Shown: piece by piece, positions 30,176 through 41,207 of the stretch
How the letters are laid out: the number at the start of each line of letters is the position of its first letter
How positions within the stretch are numbered: position 1 is the stretch's first letter
Assembly (NCBI GenBank): GCA_046563655.1
Contig: CM102290.1
Location: 8,122,001 to 8,186,000 of the forward strand
Length of the DNA stretch: 64,000 nucleotides
Direction of reading: 5' to 3'
Source of the DNA: Yuukianura sp. NJ FZ-2021
Lineage: Eukaryota
Translations under genes and position numbers: made by a program
The notes under the pieces: generated by a model
The model's database searches: none
What the model was told of the DNA's origin: nothing
What the model saw: only the letters and a program-made list of their open reading frames with translations

Positions 30176-33100
30176 TGAACCAGTATATTTGGCAAATTCA
30201 AAGTTAAAATCTATTCAATCTAGTACCAGTTGACTTCGCTGGAATTTTTCTATTGAGCAATCGCTTTTTAAAAACTGAAAATTTCTTTGTTTCGGAATAA
30301 TTCTAGTAAAAAAAAACATATTTAACTAATTTGGGTGAATAGTTAATTCTTTTTGGAAGTTCGGTATTGGATAGTGGTGTGAAGTAGGCGGCATTGAAGT
30401 GCTGGGAACCCATGAGGGTATAAAAGCTTTCCCACGCTGTGTCCAGGCCCTCAGTCTCTTCAAGTACTTCCGTATAATCACCCTGCATTTCAGCTCCTAC
30501 TTCCAAAAACGTTCCGAGCGTGGGAGGGAAAATTTAAACTAGATTCAGTTTCCAGAACAAAATCTTTGGCATAAAACCCACCCTCGAAAATTTCAACTAA
30601 GGACATTAGAAAGACACACAAGCGTTGGAGTGACAGGTAAACTTTGCAATGATTTATTAGGGTGTTGGAGTTTACTTTTGTTATTTTAGACGAAAATGTA
30701 TACACTTTCACTGGAATTACAGGTAAATATGACGTATAAAAGAGTATGTAAAAAAGTAAAATGTAGCTTTCTCAATTCAAAAACTTTTAAATTTTTTGTA
30801 GGAATAAAGTATTTTTTCAGCAATAATATTTTGTGAAACAAAACATTTTGAAGTGCAGCACTTCGTGGTCAGGGACGAACATTTTCACTACCGAATTAAC
30901 TTGAATTTGAACTAAACAAGTCAAACCTAGAAAAGATCATTGGCAAGATTTACGCCCGAATGAATTGAATTTAGTGGATCATTAGAAGGTGGATGACAAG
31001 TTGACTTTCAATTTAAGTCCAGCTAAAGATTCTTGCCAAAAGGATTTCCGAAACCCACGCAAAACCCAGTCCTCTGCCTAAGGACTACAGTCATTCATAA
31101 CCTTTGACATCTTTTGTGGTAGCAAACAAGAGACGCTGAAAGCTCAAATGGTCGAAGAAGTTCAATTTGAAGGTTGGCAACAATTTCAGTGTGGCAGTAT
31201 AGAGCAATAGGGCAACATTTTTTGGCGGACCTACTCATTATCACCATTAGTTGAAGGAAAAAGAGGTGTCCATCGACAAGACGTGTAGAATCAAACAAAA
31301 GAGGCTGGAATTGGACCGTGGACGCCACTTTCCACGGTGGTCTTTGAGTTTTGCCAGCATTTTGACACATCATTTACTAGCCTGCTCTGGTGGGTCATCA
31401 AAGCCCAATTTTCACTCTATTCAAAGAAAGTTCACAGTTGACAAAATGAAAAGAGATGTTAAGGTTTTGTCCACCATAATTTTGGAAAAAAAAAGTAGGC
31501 TGCGGGGGTGTGCTGTCGAATTTCGATAAAAACTGCCAGAGTTTTCTCATAATTTTGTCTAAAAACGTATGATGTCCTCTGCTACCACTTTTTCAGCATT
31601 TATATTTCAAATTTCCCTCTCTATGTACTAATTAAGAGTACAGAAAACGGAACCGCAGAGTAGCGGTTTTTTTTTTTTTGAATTTTTTGACATTGTGTGG
31701 GAGAAAGGTCGAGTTTAAAACAAATATGATTAAAAATGTGGGAGTCAATCTCAGTACACCTTGAAAAAAAAAACACATTTTTTTCTCACAATTTTTCTTC
31801 GACGATGAGAAGCTAAAATCTTACTTCTGTGTAAACACGACTCTTCATGAAATTTCTTCTTGCTTTCACTCAAGAAATGACTCAGAGAGTCCCTTGATTC
31901 ATGGAATATTTATGTAATATGGGTTTGCAGGTTGGACGACACGCTGACCACAAAGGTTAAATCTTTACAAGAATCAGGCAACAAAGAAACTGTTCAAATC
32001 TTGTCTCCAGGCACTTTGTGAAGAAATTCCGCCAATTTCTAAAACAGAATCTTGGAACATGATGCTGTGGATGATGCCGATGAAAAATTCGAGGAGCTTG
32101 GGTCTCTGTGTCTTCTTGGCTGTTTTTTTAGTGAACCTCTCACTAGTTACTTGTGGAACGACCCCCTTGAAGAAGCGAGTGAGTTAACACACTTCAGTTA
32201 CTATTTATTCTAGGACTCCCAAATGGCTTCCTAACACGGTACACTCAAAGTACATTCAGTCTGCCACCAACTTCGAACTAGAGAAAGTTGACTTTCTCTG
32301 GCAACAACCTTTTAGCTGAAGTCCGTCACCCCTGAAAATCCTGAGGAACTTGTACACATATGTGGGTGGGTAAGATTCCTCAGCATTTTCGTTAGGAAAT
32401 TGTGACCCAGTAACTGAAATGGTCCATGATACACTATTCTTATGGTATGAAGTTGGACCATCTAAATCCACATAGAAAGGAGAAGAGCAACGAAGTGTAA
32501 CAAATGATGTCCAAAATAAACCGCTTGCCATTACCCCCTCTACTGCTCACTTCATTTCTAAGAATGGTTGTGGGCAGTAGATGTGTTTTTGTGGGTGGAA
32601 TTGTTAGGTTAACTTGGGTTCAAAGGTCACGAAGATGAAAGCTCTTGTGTCAATGCGGTTTCTTTGAACTAACCACTTGTCACCCTGATCACTTCAAGTG
32701 TTTATGCGGATGAGAAAGTAAGAAGAGTTACCCGGGTAGAAAAAATAATCATGATGAGGAAGTTTGCTACTGAATTGCTGGTCTTACGCCAGTTCTGGTG
32801 GCATTTCTTTTCATTTTCGTGGGTGGTGAAGAGGTTACTGGACTTGATGATCCAGAATCAAATTGGAAGCGATCTCAACGAAATTTATAACATGATCATT
32901 CAATATTTCCGTTTCCTATTTTAGTCAACATGAGCCCTTAATTCATACTCACCCCACCGTCATACCAAACGTTTCCAATAAAAATACAGAACAAAAACAT
33001 TACTCCTCAGAGTTGCATAACAGCGAGAGCGTTGAGCGTCATTCTAGATCAAAATTTTTGCATCGCTGGATAGAAAGTATTAATTTTCTTTTCTGGAAAT

Positions 33101-33197
33101 TGCGACTCTGGGAAAAAGACCTCCAAGGTTCGCCGGAAAAGGTCCTTAGACGGGTTTACGTCCAGGTCCAGAGTGCAACAATCTAAAGGAAAATGCC

Positions 33198-33484
33198 GGA
33201 TTCTAAGCCATTGCTTCGAATAGAAATGATTCGAATTGAATTGTTTCGAAAAATAATTCCTTCGAAACGATTATTTTTATGCCTAAATGTAACATAGTGC
33301 AACCTAAAATAACTTAACTAATCTAAATTAGGCTAATCGATTCCAAATTAACCAATTTTAAGCCTTAAACTGTAAGGAATTTGTGTTTCGAAACAATAAC
33401 TTTTCAAAGCAATTCTCATTCGAAGCAAACTTTTGGAAACAGATGTGCTCCCAAATGAAATGCCGTTCAAAATGAACGAAATCC
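33198..33484. mobile_element. MITE with TTCGAA subrepeats and a central AACCT-like motif (similar architecture to 12204-12520)
   Basis: attgcttcgaa/attgtttcgaa on the left, ttcgaaacaat/ttcgaagcaa on the right, aacctaaaataacttaac in the centre. Confidence 0.5.
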
Positions 33485-33569
33485 CTCATTTTTTTAAAAT
33501 AATTTATTATAGTTTCAGTATTGTTATAAATTTTTCATTTGGTTGACCTGCCTAACCTTTGACCTTTAG

Positions 33570-34238
33570 AGTCTGGTGCTCATGGGCAGAAACGGGCCAG
33601 ACACTGATGAGTCGCCATCAACAGATCAACAAACTCAGAAGTTGAGGCTACCCAACAAACGGACATTCTGCAACGCTTTTACAGGTACAGAAATGCGCTG
33701 ATTGGCTTTTATGCGCAAGCGCACATGAAAATCAACCTAAAAATTTATATTACCAACAGTATAACGTAAAACCCCCGTCTTGTTTTTTTCTAAAAACTAA
33801 ATTTGAAAAAGCTTCCATACGGAACAAATTTACCAAGGCTTACCGCAATTCAGTTCCACTCAAATCCAAAAGCCTCAACTAAATATTAGTTGGAAACTTG
33901 TTTGAACTGTCAGGTTGCGGTCGGAAGCGGAGTGATGGGTCAATGCCTCCCGCCTCTTCCAAGGACTATGACTACGAAACTCCCGCCGACACTTCTGATG
34001 ATGGTGCTGTCGATGACATTGCCAGAGACATCTTGGCAGAGGCACGACTGTGGGAAGCACTTCAGGCTCGCAGTGCCATGCGATCAACATTCGTAAGTCG
34101 CAAGTTGAAATTGAACTCGGCCATTTTGATTCAATCAATTACAAATCAATGTTATTCGGTATTTAGAGAAAACAGCCTGGTTTCTTTCCAAGACAAAAAC
34201 GAGAAACGGACAGTAACGAAGAGGGTAAGAATAACTAA
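33570..34238 (+). CDS. CCAP: Crustacean cardioactive peptide precursor (signal-peptide exon not located)
   Basis: Exons 33570-33684, 33914-34092 and 34167-34238 splice in frame to ...PNKR-TFCNAFTGC-GRKR-SD...DIARDILAEARLWEALQ...FFPRQKR. Dibasic sites, amidation Gly and the conserved EA(K/R)LWEA motif are present. The 3' end could splice further at 34225. Confidence 0.92.
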
Positions 34239-34935
34239 AGTCCAGAAGTTGCTGGAGTCACACGGGCGGCAGGATGTTTTGAAATTAGCAAACCAAAACT
34301 AAATACTTTTGATTTTTCTGTTACTTAGAAACAATTTTGTTTGATCTACTGATTAAACATAACAATTCATTAACACTTTTGATCCAAACTTAAACTTAGA
34401 ACTCATAGTACTTACTATTAGTTTTCTCTAGTATATTTCTCTCTAATTATGAGTCCATTCTATTTCATAATTTCAAGTAAATAATTGCAAACTGTAGTTC
34501 AATTAAAGTGGGCCTAAGTAGATCTTAATTCAAATTAATTCCTAATAGCACAAAAAAGTTCGGTTCAAATAAATTGGAATTTGGTATGAAAGGACTTGAA
34601 GAAAAAACACGTTGATTTCCACTTATACTTTTTTTGATCATCACCGATTTCGGAGAATTTAGTCCTTTATTGATGACTGTTTGATTTAAAAAGTAGATTT
34701 GACTTTCCAGAATTTAGATAACAAGGTACGAGAGTTGGACAATTTAGGACGTTATTCAGACTGGAGCAGATCGAATATGGAATTTAGGATTGGAGCGGCA
34801 CAAAACGGACTTGGAAGGATGAAGGATCTCACTGGACATTAGAGTTTTCAGCCTAAAAGGGAGAGTCTTTAAAACTAATGAAGTTAAGTACTTTACAATC
34901 TGTAAACCGTCAAAGGAAGCCCAAAGCACCAGTGA

Positions 34936-36671
34936 CTAAACAATTTTTACCAGTGGCTGAAACCTCGTTGACAGTTGTGCAGAAGTTGCGTTAGTTCCGT
35001 CTGAACTATCCAATATGGCGTATGGGATTGGGCTCACAGGAGAGGTGAGACAAGGGTAATATTGTCGGTAGACGAGGGTTGCGATGAACAAACCAATAAT
35101 GCTACCAACAGTGACATCTGAAACAAAAAACAGCAATGGTTAAACCAACAATTAGTGCTACATCGTCAATGATAATTAATTTAAATGGCAATGCAAAAGG
35201 AAGACTAATCTTACCTTGCCAATGATGATGGTAGTCACTAGTTCGTGAAATTGCAATGAGGAGGGCACATGTGAGTGGAATCATCGGCAGGAGCAATCGC
35301 CAAGTCTGTCCTCGTCCGCGGTGATTAAATGTACATAATTTACCAGCCAAGTACAACGCCACAAATCCCAAGGAGCAAAAGCTAACTACAAATTAAGAAA
35401 AACACTGAATAGTTAAGCCTTTCTTTAGTGTCTTAGCCAAATTGTTGCTTGGCTCACTTACTACTAGAATGCCCACTGGGAAAACTCTTTCGTCCTTCCA
35501 TCACTTTCTGCATATCTCCTGTACAAGGTGCATTGACGTCTATTGATGTAACTCCAGGTAAGCATCGAGCGTAGTAATCAGGACGAGGTCTACCTACAAA
35601 CAAAAATGCATGCATTGGTGAGAATAATGTCTTCAGAGACAGTAGATTAGTAAGCAATTAATAAATAAATAAAGCCGAAAGTTAGTTTGAAATGCACGAA
35701 CCGACGGAGATTTTGATGAAGTTAGTGAGCAAACCGCAAAGTGGAATCGCAAGGCTATATAAAAAGAAAGCTTAAAAGCATGAAAAATAAAACCAACACC
35801 AGAAGTAGCATACACTCGTAGCAACCTAACCCGGAAATTTTTCTAGTGTTTTTCTACTGAGGGATCAGCGAAAAATAAACGTTTTTGTAAAAATCTCACA
35901 ATACCCCAACCACATTGGAAATTGTTTGAACAATATAAGGAACAAAGTTTGAAATATGTCAAATTAATTTAAGAAATGACGTTTAGAAAAAGCTGAAAAA
36001 TTTTCAGCTTTCTTCTAAATTCATTTTTTCAATTTTTTTCAATTAAAATATTTATCCTTTTTAGTTAAATTGTCATTTGTAATTTCTCAAACAATTTCCA
36101 ATGTGGTTGGGGTATTATGACATTTCTACAAAATTTTTGTTTTTTCGCTGATCGCTCATTCAGTAGAAAAACTCCAATGTTTTTTTCGGGTTAGGTTGCA
36201 AGGAGTAGTGATACATCAAAAATTGTAACCTTGCAACCAGAAGTGCTTCATACGATTCTCGGTAGTTACGGTTCACGATGAAGAAGACAGCGACGACCCC
36301 AACTGATACCGAAATAGCAATCGCCTGTGATAAAGCAAGCTTAACACAAACTTAAGATATCACTTATTCAATCAATCGCGATGGCCTTACATAAAGCATT
36401 GCCGTCGTCACATATCCCGTAGTTGTTGGATATTTGTACATCCAAACTTCTTCTTGTTGAATTTTCCTCCAGAATGGGTCGACATCCTCCGTTATCCTGA
36501 AAGTCACCCAAAACATCACTAATTCTTAGAACATCGCATAAACACTAAACTGGAAAGCAATAATTCATGAGAAGCATACACAAAACCGGCTATAATTATG
36601 ATTCTTGCTGCGAGGTCCTTCCATACATGACTTGCTTGATCTGGTAGTCCAGTTCGCCAGTGTTGAGACAT
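34936..36671 (-). CDS. PLPP5: Phospholipid phosphatase, PAP2 family (PLPP4/PLPP5 = PPAPDC1-like)
   Basis: [36 protein letters not shown] (C1), [12 protein letters not shown] (C2), [14 protein letters not shown] (C3), VYRQYYP. PLPP4 and PLPP5 cannot be distinguished by eye. Confidence 0.9.
35814..36206. mobile_element. Intronic foldback/MITE in the PLPP gene
   Basis: gcaacctaacccg (35821) vs cgggttaggttgc (36187-36199); ataccccaaccacattggaaattgtt vs aacaatttccaatgtggttggggtat. Confidence 0.8.
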
Positions 36672-37802
36672 TGTTTAGCCCTTAGCGTGCAAGTAGTAAA
36701 TTCCTCCAATTTATCCGACGCCTCGCCTTTTCCTGTAAATAAAAAGCGGAAAGAAAACAATGTTTAACATTGCTATTATTTAGCACGGCTAAAAACTGGA
36801 TCGATAACCACCACTTGCTAATACGCCTAAACAACACTACATGTTTGTAAATGAACTTGCTTTTCGTTAATTACCTTCTTGTCAACAACAATGTAAAAAC
36901 CGTTACCTATGCCTCAGTCCAGAATCCTAAAGCAGGTTCCTTGTCTTCGTATGGGGTCAGTCAGCTCATAGTTGTGGGTCCATGATCTCCTCGTTCCAAA
37001 GATGTGTCCGCAGATTCTTCGTCACTTCTCACCTGCTGCTCCAGAACAAACAATCGTATGACATGCAAGGAATTTAGCAGAAGAGATCATGTGAATATTT
37101 GCTCTTCAACAAATTGTTATCGTTATCTACAGTTTAGGTTTAGGGTAAGACGGAATTGCATCCGTGGTAACCATGTAGGGTAACCAACTAACAAATTTCT
37201 AAAAATAACCGCAACTGGGTACAATGAAACGGCTAGGACTTATTTTACCATTTTACGACAATCTTGCTGTCAGCAATTCACTGGCAATCGAAAACTAGTT
37301 AGTTAACAGTTGGTTATGGTCACATATATCGACGGTGGTTACAATGCGTTGCTTCCGTCGTAGCTCTGAATTTTGAGTTTCCATCACCCGATGCGAAACT
37401 CTGCTCTTGAAAAATCATTTGCATTTTCTAGCTTCATTTTATTATCAATCATTGCTTAAAATTTGATTGAGGCAAAGGTCAAAGTTTTTGTGCACATGTG
37501 ACATTAATTATTCAACTGTCGGTCAATTTTGAAGGTTAAAATTATGTTCCAAATTATAATAAATCAAGGCCAATATTAAATCTAAATCATGGTTTTTTAC
37601 TGCCCATGTAAGTTGTATTGGGTGTTCGTCGGATGTGTAACATTTTACTCAGGCCATGTGCCTATCGGCTCTGCAAATCTCTCGCGCGCTTCTGATTTTA
37701 CTAATTTTGATTATTATTTACTTATTAGCTAGCAACGTTTAGCAAACGTTTTTAGTAACTTGACTCTCTATTTTTGTTCACATTTTATCGACGATCTAGA
37801 AA

Positions 37803-40082
37803 ATGACATCGAAGGAAAGCGCCAATAACGAGGTCTGTGAATCCGACAGTTCTGCCGAATCTGAATCGGGGTCATTCCAGGATGAGCCGGTATGTTTTAT
37901 AACACTTCGTGGTTGGAGAGTAGCAAAGGGGTCCGTTTTTCTTTTAGTGTGAGCTATGTTTATCAAATCAGGACACAGTGCACAGTCCCTGAGTTAGGTT
38001 AGGTTAGGTGTTGAAGGTGCACTGTGTCCTGATTTGATAACCTAACTCACACTAAAAGAAAAACGGACCCCATTGCTACTCTCCAACCCACTTCGTTTGC
38101 TGTAATATTTGGTGACATCAATTGTTCGATCTTGACTGGTTGAATGTTATCCTCCATTTATTCCAGGGGATTGCTGACCTGGCTGGCTATACGCCCGAAG
38201 AACGACATAGACCAGGAATGATTGCATTATTGAATCAGATGTTCCGGGAGCATTCAGCAGATTCGTCCAAACTGGCGGATATCATTATCCAGCAGAGGCT
38301 GGGAGCAGTCGTTGTGGTTAGGATTCCTAAATTAGAAACTGACAAACCATTGAAATAGTATGGCCATGTCTATTCGGCTGAAATTTTTCGGGGCAAGTTG
38401 CTATATGTTAACAGCATGGGAACAAGGCTGTAACGAGGTAAGGTGAGACCACACAGACATGTATAAAAGGCTGAACAGGCTGAAATGGGGCAAGTTGAGA
38501 CTGCTTTGTGAGGCAAGTTGAGATAAGACTGTACAAACAGCATGCAGAAAAATCTAAAACACGAATAGGGCTGAAATGATGCAAATTGAGACTGCAAACA
38601 GCATGTAGAACAGGCTGAAACTAAGGTAAGGTTATTAAGCACTTATTAAACAGCGAAAGCTATTTTATAATAGGATTCATGGCTGTCTGTCTGTAATCCA
38701 TTGCAATTATCTCGAAACTAGTGGAACGATTTTATCCCGGTTTACACCAGGCGACATCTCATGCCTTATGCCAGTTCAGACAGACATGAATCCTATTATA
38801 AAATAGCTTTCGCTATTTAATTAACAAGTGCTTAATAACCTTACCTTAGTTTCAGCCTGTTCTACATGCTGTTTGTTCAGTCGCGATTTGCCTCATTTCA
38901 GCCATATTTGCGTTTCAGATTTTTGCGCATGCTGTTTGTACAGGCTCAACTTGCCTCTCTATGCAGTCTCAGCTTGCCCCGCTTCTTCCTGTTCAGCCGT
39001 TTATACATGTCTGTGGGGTCTCACCTTGCCTCGTTTCATCTTTTTCCCGTGCTGTTAACATATAGCAGCTTGCCCCGAAAAGTTTCAGCCCAATACACAT
39101 GGCCAAATAATATGGCTGCACTGTCATGCAATAGTCCTTTGCCTTGTTAACCTTTTTTAATTTTAGATGAGCGAGGAAGATGAAGACGAGGCCGACGATG
39201 AAGATTGGGATAGTGGAGTGTTCGGAATGGCGGCTATAATAAACTTTGCGTTATACGAGGCATGTCAAAATAGTATGCAGTCTTCAGATTCCTGCCTCTG
39301 TATTTTTCGTTTAAACCGGGCAGCTACATAATAGTATTCTCATCCATTTATTCTAGTCGGAGGAAGGCGTCAAGCAACTACGTGCTTTTATCGCTAAACA
39401 GGCTAAGGAGTACGGGTCCGAAGAGGACAGTGCTGCTGTCTCGCAGATTCTGAATGGTGACGCTGCTTGTCTCTTTCTCATAAGCGAAAAGATGGTCAAC
39501 CTTCCACCAGACTTCACTCTCATTCCACTGGAATATGTCGAGTAAATTGAATTTTTACCAAACTTAAAACAAGAAGAGGGTTTAAATTGTTGTTTCCAAA
39601 TAATTTAATTTAGGGAATTGAAGCTTCAAGCTCATGAATCGGGTGATGGTGATACTAGTACTGAAGAGGACGAGGTGATCATATGCATTTTGAAGATGTA
39701 TAAAAAGTCAGATGAAAATGACATGGTGTACATTCATCCTGAACAGAAGGCTATTGCAGACGTAAGCAAACCTTAAGTTTCCTTTAGCTCAAATCAACCC
39801 TAATAACGTTATCCTTGCTTAAGTTCCTTGACGTAAATTCCAAGAAGTTTAAAGTTTATTTATTGCTCTCCTTAGCACGCCATTCGATGTGTCGACTACC
39901 CCGTTGATATTTCCGAATTTGGCTCCGTATTCGTTGAAGGAGAATCGGAAGAAGATCCTGGCGAAGACTGTCCGCCATTTCGAAGAATTTGCTTTATCTC
40001 ATCCAAAGTTTTTCGGTCCACATGCATTCCTGCACTAAAAGAAAAAGTACAAGAGTTAAACCGGAGTAGTGGCGCGGATTGA
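37803..40082 (+). CDS. BCCIP: BCCIP homolog (BRCA2 and CDKN1A-interacting protein / Bcp1)
   Basis: Acidic N-terminus, GMIALLNQMF..KLADIIIQQRLGAVV, DEDWDSGVFGMAAIINF, LFLISEKMVNLP, YIHPEQK and PPFRRICFI match the recalled BCCIP layout, though divergent. Confidence 0.82.
37911..38088. mobile_element. 178-bp palindromic MITE with 8-bp TSD in BCCIP intron 1
   Basis: GGTTGGAGAGTAGCAA...TTGCTACTCTCCAACC with arms of about 73 bp; direct repeat CACTTCGT at 37903-37910 and 38089-38096; (TTAGG)3 in the loop. Confidence 0.9.
38362..39104. mobile_element. 743-bp long-TIR foldback element (Mutator-like) in BCCIP intron 2
   Basis: ~320-bp inverted arms with GGCC termini; 9-bp TSD aaatagtat (38353-38361) / aaataatat (39105-39113), one mismatch. 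Confidence 0.88.
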
Positions 40083-41207
40083 AATGTCGCTAAAAAACTT
40101 AACAAGAAGAATATTTTATGATTGAAAAAATAATAAAAACAAGTTATGAAACGTTACTTGATTTGATTGGAGATCACAGTCGATCTATTTTTTTTTTATT
40201 TCCATCCGAAGGCTTGTGCAACTCTAGCATATTAACTAACAAAAGAGCAAGGTTGTAAATTCCATTGGGTGCATCAATTGGGTTCATTACTTGTTAATGT
40301 CATAACCAATTTGGTGTTTGCGTGTTATGTTGGAACATGCTTCTTATTTGATTCGATTAATTGAGTAAACAGCAATCTACTTGACTTTTTGGTAAGAATT
40401 GTAAGTGAAAGTTTCAATAAGTTGGTGAGCAGCAAAAGAGAAAGGCCCAGCTTTACTTTCTCTTTTTTCTGTTCCCCTTAAAGAGAAAGTCGAAAAGCAT
40501 AGAGCGTGTTGAAGTTTCACACGAAATCCAAAGAAAAAGGTGACCAGACGGTGAGAAACGTTGACCTCTGCGGTCTTTCTGGAGTGAACTTTCGTCAACA
40601 TCAATCGGTCAGTCAACAGTGTTGCTGTTGACTCAAACTCAAAGATATTTCAAAAGTTATCGTCTTCTACAACAGGTAAATTCCCATTTAAAGTTTACCT
40701 GTATTCAGTTCTTATTATCATAAAATTAATATCTTTCGGCTATCCGTACTTGAATAAGGCATGTTTCTGTAACATACGGTTATTTTTATGTTCTCGCTGT
40801 CGTTAAAGGTTTAGCATGTCAAAAGATAAACTAATTTGTGTTTGTCAGTTGTACTTGTACATCTTGATTTGGAACTGAACGCAACTTCTCGTTATGTTGG
40901 AAAATGTAATAGTATCATATAGAATCATGCTTATTATAGTTACACACTGTAGCATGTTATTACATTTGCCGTTTACATAAAGTTAGTCCCTTGACCCTGC
41001 AGAACAAAAAACCTTCCTAGTCGGATGTCCAATTCCGTTTTGAACTGTTCAAATGCACGTACAGTTTCGTTGATGTACACGGTGGTGTCAGATCCAGATC
41101 CAACCGAGACCGAACAAGTCAATCTTTAGTAAGTTAACTTTAGAAGTTGGACAGAGGTTAGGTTGTGATTAGTTAACTGTAGTGTTTCAAAGGTCACACT
41201 TTCTTAA

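Noticed and set aside
33519..33569. Hydrophobic in-frame stretch upstream of the CCAP exon as a signal peptide
   Set aside because: No ATG, it ends in TAG, and it matches a branch point (cctaac) plus pyrimidine tract of an intron.
37990..38008. (TTAGG)3 as a telomere or chromosome-fusion remnant
   Set aside because: Too short and enclosed within a TSD-flanked MITE.
38370..39058. Two similar Cys-rich ORFs starting MLNNLTLVSACSTCCL on opposite strands
   Set aside because: They are the two arms of one inverted-repeat element, not duplicated genes.
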